Source: Psammoneis japonica (Eukaryota). From it: a stretch of 64,000 nucleotides of DNA. Of this stretch, positions 12,296 to 25,061 are shown in pieces (positions within the stretch are counted from its first letter, which is position 1; each line of letters starts with the position of its first letter). The DNA lies in the NCBI GenBank assembly GCA_008632985.1, contig QPGO01000131.1, positions 124,001 to 188,000 on the forward strand. The letters are read 5' to 3'. The notes under the pieces are model-generated. The model saw only the letters and a list, made by a program, of their open reading frames with translations, did no database searches and had not been told where the DNA came from. The position numbers and the translations under genes are program-made.

Positions 12296-13219
12296 ACTTA
12301 AAGAAAGTGAGCTGCAACTGCTGCTGCAGACTCCAGGGTGTTGTCTCCGTCGGCGTCATTCAACTTAAATGTGGACAACAAAGTGGAATGTTCATGGTGC
12401 AATGCAAATGATTTCAATTTACAGGTTTTGCAGGGATGGAGGGTGGGCACTCTCATGGAGAAAACGTGCCCCTGTTTCATGGTGAAACATTTTTTCTCGT
12501 GGGGAGGGGGGGTCTGATCCCACAGCACAAAACATTGATCTGTCACAGTTGACACATCATTGCCAGCTGCACAACCAATGAGGTTTGAAACCACAAAAAA
12601 TTTGTCCATGAAAGGAACAAAAATCACAATGAAAAGATGTGTGATGATCACTGTGTTGCGTGCTCTGATGGTCTTGCAAAGCTCTTGTTGCTTCTTTTGC
12701 TCTTTGACATGTGCCACAAGGTCTTGACAGCTCACATTGTCTGTGTCAGCTTCACAACAAAGAGGCAGGACCTCATTGACTGTGTTGTGCTTGTGAGTTT
12801 TCCAGAAAAAAAGAAGCCACCCTTTTTGGGATCTGCTGGGCTGTGCCCCTGGCATTTGCAGAGCGGCTTCTTTGGCCATTCCATGGCCCATGCAATGACA
12901 GACAATTGCTCTCATCACCACAAAGTGTGTCATTTGCGGGGCTCTGCTGTCATGTGTTTGGTTGTCAAAGAACAAAGCACAACAGTGAATGAGTCGTTGT
13001 CAAGGAGCCCACACTCTAGAGAGCAGAGTCATGATTGAAGCATTTTGTGAGCATGCCAAATTGGTCAACCAAAAAGCAAGTCGTGCATCTGCCAAAAATT
13101 TCAATGATGCATGGAACCAATCAGAGATGCATCGGCAAGAAAATTTTCAAGCAACTGCTGCAGCCGTGTGCAGCAAGTAAAAAATGACAACATGTGCTTT
13201 TTAAGACACCTGTTTTTTC

Positions 13220-14050
13220 TTGAACTTCCAAATTCCAAAGTGAAAGGATCCCATGACGGCACCCCAACCAACCTCACAACTGCAAGCAGACCCCAAGGAC
13301 AGTTTGAGAATTGCATCTGAGTGCTGCAAGGTTAATCCAACGGCATTGTGGGGTGCCATGTGACCTTGTCCCCAACAGCAGTGGACTTGCTAAACTTCCA
13401 AACTCCCAGAAAGTGCAGGGGTCCCATGGCAGCACCAACCAACCCAACAACTGCTGGCAAAGAGCAGCGGTGGTGTCTGCCAAACCCCAGGTGGCACTTT
13501 AAGAACCATGGCTGGGTGTTGCAAGGTTGTTGTGGTGTTGTGGCCCCATGTCACCATGTGCCCAACTGCAACAGACTTGAACTTCAAAAACTCCACAGCC
13601 CCACTGCAGTGCCAACCAACCTGACAACTGCAAGTTGAGGGCATTGGCAGTGTCTGGTGCACACCAGGTGTGACTTCAAGAATTGTGGCTGGGCATTGCA
13701 AGGTTGATGTTGTGGCATTGTGGCCCCATGTTGCAACCTTGCGCCCAACCACAGCAGACCAGAACTTCCAAATTCCACATTTTGAGGATCCCATCATGGC
13801 ACTGACCAACCTGACAACTGACAGCAGAGGGCAAGGTGATTTTTGGTGAACCCCAGATGAGACTCAGCTCAAGAGCCATGGTTGGGCATTGAAGTGTTGA
13901 TCTTGTTGTGGTGCTGTGGGCCACACATGACCTTGTCACCAACAGCAGCCAACTTGGCCAAAGGTCAAGGATCCCATCATGGCACTCTGGTGGACACCCC
14001 CCAGAGAAAGGCTTCAAGAGCTGTTGTTGAGCATTGCAAGGTTGATCTTG
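13220..14050. repeat. Degenerate tandem array, ~170-190 bp unit, about 4.5 copies
   Basis: Recurring AACTTC(C/A)AA, CCAACC..ACAACTG, GCAAGGTT and CCAAC motifs with units starting near 13222, 13392, 13579, 13762, 13950. Confidence 0.75.
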
Positions 14051-17000
14051 TGACAAGGATTGAATGCGATCCTGTTTTTCAAACAGATCTGGTGGCAACA
14101 AACTCTCACATCTCAGGCCAAACATGTCTCAGGCAAAAGGCAACCTTTCAATCAACTTGGGACATCAGTGGCACCTGCACAAGGAGCAGATTGTTTGGTT
14201 TGAAAAGCAAAGTGCTCTTGCAAGTGTTCTTTCCTGAAAAGCTTTCCTGGAAAGCATTCTTTGCAACCACTTTTGGCGAGGGATCCTTTGGTCAATGATG
14301 ATGAAACTCAATGACAAAGGTCAACATTGACCAGAGTTGCCCACAGGTCAAATGCATTGTGTCATCTGTTTGGCCCAAAGAATGTTCTGACAAAAAAAGC
14401 TTCGTTGAGTGCCAGCAGTGTGGCACCAGTCACTCTGCTTGTCCAATCTCTTGACGTCATTTTGGTGCTCAGTTCATCCATTGCCAAAGCACCTTTTAAA
14501 AGGATGCTGTGATGACTGTGGACCTTTGTGGTGCCTCTGCTGCTGGCTTGCACTTTTTGTTTCTGGAAGAGTGCCTGCACAGAGCATGTTCTGACACTGA
14601 TGCTCATTTGCATCAGCAACAACATGAAGTGTGTGGCAAACCTTGGGCACGTTGTTTTGGACAAAAAATGTGCCATGTTGGTGGGAAAACACTGAAGAAT
14701 GAGGCAGTGCTGCATGGAGAATTGGGCAACATGAAATGTGCAACATCCAACAAAAATGCTGGAGAAAATTGAGAGTTGGCAGGATCATGACACAACATCA
14801 GAGTGCAAATTTGTTGAAGAAAAAAAAAACTGTGACAAAATCTCACTGCAGAGGATGTGGCAACATTGAGTGATTTCCTTGTCTGGATTTGTTGTTTCTT
14901 GGCTGTGGAAACAAGACCCAAACTGCTGTCATTTCCTGGATGTGTTGCTGTGGTCACTCTTCACATGCTGAGATTGGAAGTCATTTGCAGCGCCACTGCC
15001 AAGAAAAGGAGCACGAGCTTCACAGCTCCACACCAAACCATTGCAAAGCCCTCTGCTTGGCAAACCCATGTTGTGTGCAAAGAGGCTCAAGCTGTCAAGC
15101 CTGCTGGCTTGCCGCACATGCTGGCTGGCTGGCTTCAAACTGGCTTGTCTTGTGGTGCTTGTCTTCAAAAATGGCCTGGCACAAACACCCCTCAGCTTTG
15201 TTTTACATGTCATCAATGTGGAAGCTTCAGTTGTGGCCTTTTGCTCTGGGATGTGAGCAAAATTTGCACTCTCTTCTTGTGCAGAGTTGTTGTTGGTGAC
15301 ACAAGGTCAAAAAGCTTTTGGAGAGTTGTTTCTTGGGTCTGCCTTCCTCAAATGTGCAGAAAGCAGCTCTGATCTGCTTGGTCTTGAAACATGATGAGGA
15401 AAGGCAATCTTCACACCAAGATCCATGCATGGTTGTGCCAAGAAAAGGAATTGTTTGTCTCATTTCTGTGAGTGTGTGCAGACATGTTGAGCACACACGC
15501 AGGGCTCACCGCCCTCCAACAGAGAGCATGAGATTGTGCACTTGGATGGACCTGGAGCACCATTTTTGTCTGATGACAATGGCCTCCTCTTCTGCAATGT
15601 CTTCAAAAAAGCAACACATTTTCTGGTGCAGACTTTGCAGACCTCAAATTCCAAAATGTGCAGAGGGCTGTGGCTTCCAACTTTTTCCTGTCAAGGTGCA
15701 AACCTGCGCAACTTCCAACCACCAGATTCACAGTTGCTGAGAGCAAGCTTTCTGCAAATTTGCTGCAGTTGTGCCACTCACTGTCAGATTCACAGTGCTG
15801 TCTCTCACGGCAACCCCAGTTTTGTTGCCTCTGTTTTTCTTGCCAAACAAACCCCATTTGTGATGTTCTTTGGTTTTGCTTTGCCCAGGCACATGAGTCC
15901 TGGAAGTGGTGCAAGCTTGCAGAACTTGCCAGATGCTGGAGAGAGCAAAAAGCTGCTGAGCAGATCATCATCCTTTTGAGGCACAAATGGCAGGCCAGGA
16001 GATGAGTCAAGTTTGGACTCTGGTGGGCTTTGTGAGCCACCACACCAAGTGCAAAAACACCAGCACCTCTGTTTGCTCCTCAGACAAAGGGCCAGCTGCC
16101 AGATGTGATGGGAGCGCCAATCCTTTGCTCAAATTTGCATTTTTCCCTTGTGCAGCATTGACAGGGCTCTGCCTTTAGCACAAAAGGCCAGCCCATGGTG
16201 TGTTTCTCATTGTTTGTGATGTTTTGCTCACAAAGTTCTCTTGCTTCCTGTGCTGTGCTGTTGCAAAACCTGAGCTGGATGGCCTCCAAAACACCAAAAA
16301 TTGGTCCTCAAGACCCCATCTCTCTTCTCATTCTTGGCTTTGTCCCAATGTTCAATTTGCTGCCAATTGCACGGCATCTCCCTTCTCACCCAACAACACC
16401 TCAAGGTCACACGAGTGCAGAAAAATCCACCCCAGAAAATTCCACTCTCCTCCTCTCATCTGTCATGTGCTGAGCTCCACCTCCTTTGCTTCCATCTGCA
16501 CACCATTTCCAATCTTCCAACTTGTCTTGTTTTGTTTTGTGTTGCCTGCCTTCCCAACTGCCACTCATTTGGTCTGCTTGTGAGCTTGCAGCACACCGAG
16601 CCATGCATCTGCTGATGACATGCACAAGCAGGCAAGCAAGCCCTTCTTGCTTCTTGCACCACCACATCCTGGGCTTGAACTTGTGCTGCTCTGAGATGAT
16701 TGCTGGCATCTTACACATGATCCTCTGAATGTGCAGAAGCTGGAACAGACAGAGCCAACAATGCCAAGCACACAATGTCATTTGAGGCACAAAAGGTGGT
16801 TGTCAGCTGGGGCAAAGAGGCATTTGGTGCAAACAAACAAAATTCTTGCAAACTTCAGGAGAAGCAACAACCAATTTGCAAGTCAATTTTTGCCATTTCT
16901 GGGCATGGCTTGGTTGAGGAGAAATGACACCAAGAGGCAGTGAGAGTGGTGTGGTGGTGTTGTGAACAAAAAAGTGCGTCTTTCTTTGTTTGTTTCTGCG

Positions 17001-18651
17001 CTTGCATGTGTGTTCACTTTTTCCTGGAGCACCAATGCCGGGTGAGCTGTGCAGCACAAACAATCTGGGATGCAGGCAATGGGTGGTTGAATGGAAGACC
17101 TGCTGACCAAATGAACAAATTCTCAACAAGATCAAAATTGTTTGTAAAATGGGGCATTGCAAATTTGATGCATTGCACGGCCATCATCTGAAACATTGGC
17201 CACCACAAAGAAAGCACCAGATGTGTGATTTTAAAGAGGCAATCACAACAAAAATGTTCACAAATCAAATGACAGAACAAAGCACAGTTGACATTTGCAA
17301 AAATTGTGCATTGGCGGAAACTGCAATCACAAATGTGAAAATTGCTTGTGGCCATTGTTCGCCATTTTTCTCATCAAGAATCAAGCATGGAAACACACCA
17401 CACAGACAACATCTTTGCTTTGCAGGGGGGCTCACAGCAAGCTGACACACAAAATCTTGCTGTTTTTTCATGCTGCTGACAATGGCGCTGTTGGCGCTGC
17501 GATGCAGCCTTGCCTTTTTTCCCAGGAGCTGTGCATTCCATGTCTTCACACAGTTGTTCTTGAGGCTTTGTCTCAACTTTTTTGTGAAACAAATGTGGCT
17601 CCTGCCAAGGAGCATTGGAGATTGTCAAAAAGAAGCAAAAAGAAGCTCTCAGGGCTCTTTTTGAGGCTCTTTCAGTGGCGGCAGCCAGAGCACAGCCCCA
17701 AGAACCTGTGCACAAGTCCTGCGAAGCTCTTGTTGCTTTTTTTGCTCTCTGACACATGCAACTCACACCATCTGCATTGGTTTCACAGCAACAAAGCCTG
17801 AGCAAAGTTAAAAGGGGGGCACAAAAGCTCTTTCTCTGCTTGGCCTTTTTCAGCTCAGGCAGCACAAAGCTCAGTTTCTAGCTTCTTGTGCGAGAGAGTC
17901 TTGCAAAATGCTTTTTTGTTGCCTTTTTTGCTCTCTGACATGTGCAACTCACATTGTCCATTTTGGCATTGCAGCAAAAAAAAAAAAACCAACTGCAGAA
18001 TTTGCCAGCTTTTTAGAAAGAAAAGAGAAAAGCTGTCTTGCTGTCTCGTCTCTGCAGCTGCAGGCACGCCACCAGCTGAAGGCCAAAGCCCAGCTTCTTT
18101 GGCCGTGTGTTCCACCACTGCACCATGTGACAAGAGGTGATTGTTCTCTTCACCAAGGAGAACAGAGCACGACAGTCGAGTCCCCACAAGTCCGTTAAAG
18201 CATTTGTGATCGCGTGAAATTGGTCACCAGACTGTGTCATCCAAAAATTTCTACAGCAAGTGGGGATGCCAGCCCGCCCCACCGGCACACGGTAAAACCA
18301 AGCAGAGAGCAAAAAAATTTCGGGCTATGTACTGTATTAGTGGCCTAATGCAAGTACTAACTTATAAATATAAATGCATACTTCTTCATTCTTTTATTCA
18401 TTACTGACATCAGTATATTTGGTTAAAACAATTTTTGATACCCCTGTTAACGTCGAAATGCGTTGAATCATCGTTCCCGCAAAACTAAATTTTCAATTTG
18501 AATTCACACGATCAAAAACAATACCAGGTTCTCCGTAGGATTCTACAGGCATTGGCTGGTTGCGCGGGAAGACGGCGGCTTGAACGGATCACAACAGCAA
18601 CTCACAATTGGAAGTCAATCACTCTCTTCGCTCATTTTCGGCAGAGCAGAC

Positions 18652-21600
18652 ATGGCGACTGCAGACGACATCTCGGTTGACCCATCGCTCTTTATAGAGG
18701 ATGAGTCTGTATCAACGATCGCCGATAGCGTGAGAGCACCGTCCGTGAAAAGTGTACCTCCTATGGCTGCCGAACCACCCCAGGACGAAGAGCCTACGGA
18801 GCCGGAAAAGCCTGAAGAACCGCAAGAGCAAGCGGACGAGAAGGCTGCGGTAGAAGAGGAAGAGATGAAGGAACAAGTTACTGCTGAATCTGCAGCAGAA
18901 GAATGTGAGCAGGAGGAACATGCGGAAGAGAAATCTGCTTCGGTGGATGAAGAAGATCAAAAGGAGCCAGCAGAAGAAAATTCTGGAGCTGCAGTAGAAG
19001 AAGAGCCAAAGCACCAAGCAGAAGAGGCTGATGAAGAAGATCAGACAGAAGCAAAGTCTGCAGTAGTGGAAGAAGTAGAAGACCAGGAAGAGCCGCCAGC
19101 AGAAAAGTCTGTAGTAGTGGAAGAGGTGGAAGAACAGGAAGCGCCACCAGCAGAAAAGTCTGTAGTCGTGGACGAAATAGAAGAACAGGAAGATCCACCC
19201 GCAGACAAGTCTATAGTAGCGGAAGAAGTAGAAGAACAGGAAGAGCCACCAGCAGAAAAGTCTATAGTAGCGGAAGAAGTAGAAGAACAGGAAGAGCCAC
19301 CAGCAGAAAAGTCTATAGTAGCGGAAGAAGAAGGCCAGACAAATGAAAAAGGAAAGGAACAAGCAGAAGAGGAAACCTCGGTTGTGAACGTTGATACAAT
19401 TGACGATGAAGAGGAAGAAATTGACGTGGACGCACTCGATGCTGAATCCCAAGCAACTGCGTCAGTTATTACATCAGTCCAAGACGATGCTTCAGTCCGT
19501 CAAACTCTCACGCAAGCATCGTTTCATTCCATCTCATCCTCTATTCACGAATCTGTAAGGAACGAATCTTTTCACTCGGCTCCAAGCGCTGCATTCTACG
19601 ACTATGCCACCGATGACAAGACCCACAAGTCTTATCTTGACGAACCGGATAGCTCGGTGAATCCCTACGACACTGAAGATGATCCATCTTATTTGGCTGG
19701 GGCGAGGAACCGCGATGTTTCTGCTGAGGAAGAGTCGGCTTATGCCATTGACGGAGAGTTTGATAAGAGCGTGATTTCGGCTGAGGAGGGCGTTCGACCC
19801 AAGTCACCCGCACCCACCTCGTCTGATACTTCACAGGACTCTCCTCTGGGCCTAGGTGGAGCTGCAATTATTCCCTTGGACCCTGTCAAAAAACGCAAGC
19901 GCCGCTTAATTTTTGTCGGAGTCTTTTTGCTGGTGATTGTTGCCGTTGTCATTCCTATTGCAGTCATTTCGTTTGGAGGCAACGGCGGAGACTCATATGA
20001 TCCCAATCGGGCTCCACCTCCGACCGATCGAGAAAAGGAACTCAACGTCCTTTTCGCCGGCGTGTCGGATTCACACCTCCTGGAGAGATTGAACTCGCCG
20101 CAGAACTTGGCGAGGCAGTGGATTGCCAACATTGATCCATTGCAACTGTCGACTATTACTGATTCTCCCGATCGAATCATTCAGCGTTATATCTTGGCAG
20201 TCTTTTGGTATGCTACCAGTGGGGACTCGGCTTGGCTTAACAATGATTGGCTACAGGGCACCGATGAGTGTGCTGGATCCTTTTGGTTTGGTCTCAACTG
20301 TAACGAGATTGGTCAAGTGCGTGCCATAGTTTTTGGTAAGTTATTTGCAACGTTATATGCTTCTTCTGTTTATTGAACATTGCCACTTTCTAACCGCTCC
20401 TTGATGTTTCACTTGGCATTTCAGACAAAAACTCTCTCGAAGGAACTATTCCACGTGAAATTGGATATCTACCCGAACTGGAGAACATCATTCTCAAGAA
20501 CCACCCACGCCTCAAGGGACGCATTCCTGGAACCATTGGAAACCTATCAAAGTTGCGCCAATTGGGTCTCTACAACAACAAGCTCGAAGGTTTGATTCCC
20601 AAGCAGATCTACTCATTAACAGAACTGACCTACATCAATCTGTCGGGTAACATGCTGCAGGGAGGATTGGACATTGCCGTCGAGAATCTGGTCAAGCTGG
20701 AAAAGCTTATATTAGCGAACAACAAGTTGAGCGGTGCCTTTCCAGCTCGCTATCTCGGAAGGACAGCTCTTCGATTTCTTGATCTGAGCAACAACCATTT
20801 CGCAGGCCCCATCCCGGGCGCCATTGGAAGCGTTGACACACTTGAGTACATTAACTTGTCCTCTAACAATCTGGATGGGGAAATCCCCTTTCTGGGACAA
20901 CTTTCTAACCTCAGTAAGTTCCTCTGTAGCGAAATCAATGTAATACCGATGCATTGTGCATCGAGTAGCTCACTTTTACTGTTTTGTACTGATCTCAGAG
21001 TCGCTTATTGTGGGGGGAAACAACTTTTCCGGTTTTCTACCCCCAAGCATGTCGAAACTGAGGAATCTGACGTACGCGTCTTTCCAGGACAACGAATTCA
21101 CGGGAGAGCTTCCATCGGAATATAATACGCTGTCGAATCTGGGTATGTAGCGGATATTATGTAGCGGATATGTCTATTGGTGAAACATGTTATCGTCTTC
21201 GTTTTGTTTTACTCACCTTTCTCTCTCATCTTTTGTCATTTCAGAAACGCTCAATGTTGGCAACAACGATCTGTCCGGGCCAGTTCCAGATTACTCGGGG
21301 ATGACTTCGCTGGTCAATTTCCATGTCCACCAGAACCAGCTCGACGGACAGTTTCCTGAATTTCTCATTTTCCTTAAGAATCTAGGTGCGTTTTGTCGTT
21401 TCTCGGACTGTCTGAAGTATATGTTGTCTGTTTATTTCTCACACCTTTGCCCGTTGTCCTTCCTTATCCTTCAGAGGTCATTTTCCTCAGTTCGAACAAA
21501 TTTGTCGGCCCCATTCCGAACAGTCTTACGTTCTTGTCCGACTCGTTGAAGGGTCTGTATTTGTCGGATAATCAGTTTGACGGTCTTCTCTCATTGAGCC

Positions 21601-21995
21601 TCTGCGGACTGTCACAGTTGGAAGCATTGTTCCTCGATGATAATATGCTTGAAGGACAGATTCCAGCTTGCTTTGGCGACTTGTCAAACTTGCGCCAACT
21701 CTATCTGTTTGGAAACAAGCTTTCCGGAGACGTGCCTGCTGAACTAGGCAATTTGTCGTTGCTCAGTAAGTCATTATATTGTTATCGGTGCTTCCAGCGT
21801 CATTTCATTTTTCTATCTAACTCGGTTGTGTCGCCCCTTGCAGCCGGTCTCGGTTTGGAAAATAATGACTTGGTTGGCGACGAGGTTCCTGTGTGCGGCC
21901 TCACGCCTTCGCCCCTCGATGATTTGTGGGCGGACTGCGGCGAGATTGGATGCAGTTGCTGCACGGTGTGCTGTCCAGGACCATCATGTATGTAG
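18652..21995 (+). CDS. Leucine-rich repeat membrane protein (acidic N-terminus, one TM helix, LRRs, Cys-rich end); 6 exons
   Basis: KKRKRR then hydrophobic helix; QRYILAVFWYAT..W pre-LRR motif; LxLxxNxLxGxIP repeats; GT-AG introns 20336-20424, 20914-20998, 21143-21244, 21386-21474, 21766-21843. Confidence 0.92.
19050..19330 (+). repeat. Coding 51-bp tandem repeat (EEVEEQEEPPAEKSIVA, ~5 copies)
   Basis: Directly visible in DNA and translation. Confidence 0.95.
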
Positions 21996-23095
21996 ATGTC
22001 CTCGTCCTCGTTGTAGAATAATATTCTTTGTTCCCCTGCTTGGAACTGTGAATTGGTGCCAACATATACTTTTGGGCACCGTAACAAAACATAGCCTAGT
22101 TTGAAGATGACCTAGTCCTCCAATAGTATCACTTCCTCTCCTGCAAGCTTTTCCTTGCTGCCGTATCTCACCAGGCAAGCTTCAAGAAACGTGAGGTGTC
22201 AACACCACTTCAGTGACTTATGCTTGTTCCATGGAGAAGCACCCACTCGCAACTCATCCAATATTACGTCAGAAGTTAGACCCGCTTTTTGTTCGGTTGC
22301 TCTACATTTACGTGTGGCTGTTGCATTGCCGAAGTTCTCCTTTAGCGCGCGGTCTCCAGGCCATGTCCAGCGACTGCAAGGCATGCTTTATTAGCACTAT
22401 TGCGTATCATAAGCTTTTTCAGAAACGTTATTATACTTGGTTTGTTTAGTAGTTGTCGGATTTCTAGCAAAGATTTTTCTCTAAGGTTTCAATGCATAGG
22501 TAGCCCTAGATTGGTCGTTATTCCTCATGAAGAAAGCAAGTAGGAAATGCTCTAATTTCCAACGACCATAAACCACATATCGTAGTCCGACTGCTCGTGA
22601 AAGCGATATGCCATGAAACAATGATGAGTGCAAAGACGAAAACCTTTCGAATGACACGAAAGAGACGTGACAAGCACTTACGTTTCCAAGCCACTTCTCC
22701 CAGTAGTCTGAGTCCCTTGTTTTTCGATGAGTGATATCTCCTTTTTCGGGTGGGAATGGCGTTGCTGAGGAACTTATTTCTCTGCTCGTCGTGGTTGACG
22801 TTGATCCGACGCTATTTCTACCCCCCGCGTTGGCCATGTTTCTTGCCCGGACTGCACTGTTTCGATAAGTGTTGGAAAACAATCCCCAAGGCATGATCAG
22901 TTCAAAGAATTCACTCGCAGGCTCTGTGTTGGGTTTTCTCTTTGTCGTCAATTGTCTCTACAAGTACAAGTATTATGGATTATGGCACACGATTTTGCAC
23001 GAGCGATTCGCAAAAAAAAAAAGAGAAGCGCGATGTCATCGGGATGTCAACATCTTCTTTCGCGTGAGGAAATGCGCGGAAACAAAAAAAGCTGA

Positions 23096-23105
23096 ATGAC
23101 GTCAT
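23096..23105. promoter_or_regulatory. CRE/bZIP-type palindrome ATGACGTCAT upstream of SHMT
   Basis: Perfect 10-bp palindrome ~135 bp upstream of the ATG; function not shown. Confidence 0.35.
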
Positions 23106-23239
23106 ACCGCTGACGCATGCGTATCTTTTGGATCAATCGTTCGAATGAATCAACTGTATCGCGCCGTCTTGTTTCTTCTATCTCTTCTCGTTTCAAGAGG
23201 CACAATCTCTCGAACGTTCTCGACGTGACAGAATCAATC

Positions 23240-25061
23240 ATGTTATCGATTCGGTCGTCCCTTACGAGCACCGCTCGTCGTTGCGGTGTCCGTTTTGCCT
23301 CTTCAATGGGTGCTGATCTGAACAAACCTCTCACCGAGACGGATCCGGAGCTCTGCAAGCTTATTGAACAGGAGAAGGCTAGGCAGCGTTCGAGTTTGGT
23401 CTTGATTGCCTCAGAAAACTTCACATCGAGGTCTGTTCTTGACGCTCTTGGTTCCGTACTCTCCAATAAATACAGTGAAGGATACCCCGGTGCTCGTTAC
23501 TACGGCGGGAATGAGAATATTGATAGGGTTGAACTTCTCTGTCAAACAAGAGCGCTGGAGGCGTTTCATTTGGATCCAGAGGAATGGGGTGTGAATGTGC
23601 AGTCCCTTTCGGGATCCCCAGCAAACTTCCAGGTACGAGAAATATCCAGCTTTATTTGATACTTTGCTGAAAAGGTGGACTGGTGTCGGATCTTGCCGCA
23701 TCATGCATCATTGCCTTCTTTCTTCCGCGTCGTTTTCGGCCCATTCTTTCGATCGACCTCACGTAATGCTGACATCAGCATTGGGTTATCAGCGTGAACC
23801 ACGTCATCATCATTTGTCCTTCTCTTAATTGTTGTGACGTGGAAGAATCCTTTGTGTTCTTTTTGAACATATATCATAGTTGGACTAACTTCACTCGTTT
23901 CAATCCTTGCTATTTTTCACGGACCGTATTCTAACTCTTATGCAGGTGTACACGGCTCTTTTAGAGACCCATGATCGCATCCTTTCCCTCGATCTTCCTC
24001 ATGGCGGCCACCTTTCCCATGGCTACCAAACTGCCAACAAGAAGATCTCTATGGTCTCTCGGTACTTCGAGTCTATGCCATACCAGCTCGACCCAAGCAC
24101 TGGCGAAATTGACTACGATCAGATGGAAAAGAGCGCCGAGCTTTTCCGCCCAAAAATGATTGTTGCCGGAGCTTCTGCCTACTCTCGTCTCATTGATTAC
24201 GTTCGTATCCGCAAGATTGCTGATAGCGTCGGGGCTTACGTAATGGCTGACATGGCACACATTAGTGGTCTTATTTCCGCTGAAGTTATCCCGTCTTGCT
24301 TCCCGTACGCTGATGTAGTCACTACGACCACACACAAGAGTCTCCGCGGCCCCCGTGGTGCTATGATTTTCTACCGTAAGGGGCAAAAGGGCACAGACAA
24401 GAAAGGAAACCCGGTAATGTACGACCTTGAGAATAAGATTAATTTTGCGGTGTTCCCAGGACTACAAGGAGGACCGCACAATCACACAATTGGCGCGCTT
24501 TCGACATGCCTAAAGCAGGCAAACACGCCCGAGTTTGTAGAGTACCAAAAGCAGGTTCTCAAGAATTGTGCTCGCTTGGCAGACGAACTTACCAGCAAGG
24601 GCTACTCGCTTGTCAGTGGTGGCACGGACAACCACCTCGTTCTTGTAGACCTCAAGGCATCCCGTGGAATCGACGGTGCTCGTGTTGAACGCATTCTTGA
24701 GCTGGCTTGTATTGCAAGTAACAAGAACACCATTCCTGGAGACACCTCGGCGCTCACCCCTGGTGGCATTCGTATGGGTACACCAGCTCTTACTTCACGA
24801 GGTTTCGATGAAGATGACTTTGCTAAGGTTGCCGAGTTCTTTGACAGGGCGGTTGCAATTGCTGTCAAGCTTAAGAATACCGAGCACGGAAAGAAACTTA
24901 AAGGATTCAAGGAAATGTGCGCCGTTGGCCCTTCCGTCGACCCGGATCTTGTGCAGCTTCGAAAGGATGTATCAGAATTTGCTTGCTCATTCCCTACGGT
25001 AGGATTCACCGAGGACGAGATGTCTTTTGAAGGAGAGTACAACGTAGATTTCGTTGCATAA
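23240..25061 (+). CDS. SHMT: Serine hydroxymethyltransferase, probably mitochondrial; 2 exons
   Basis: [29 protein letters not shown] and the PLP-lysine motif [12 protein letters not shown]; Arg/Ser-rich presequence; intron 23633-23945. Confidence 0.97.

Noticed and set aside
11617..14050. CRISPR-like repeat-spacer arrays
   Set aside because: Units are long and diverged along their whole length, there are no cas genes, and the context is eukaryotic
7760..18300. Dozens of overlapping 60-225 aa ORFs on both strands
   Set aside because: They are Tyr-free, Cys/His-rich and motif-less, as expected when TA loss removes TAA/TAG stops
1..18300. Classical fungal RIP or simple CpG decay as the explanation
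   Set aside because: RIP creates TpA, and CpG decay cannot convert Tyr codons to Cys/His; the Copia keeps many CpGs while lacking TpA
18712..19452. 246-aa Phe/Leu-rich minus-strand ORF
   Set aside because: Antisense shadow of the Glu-rich coding repeat
22100..23100. Short ORFs between the LRR gene and SHMT (e.g. 22481-22951 minus)
   Set aside because: No recognisable motif; a small spliced gene cannot be excluded
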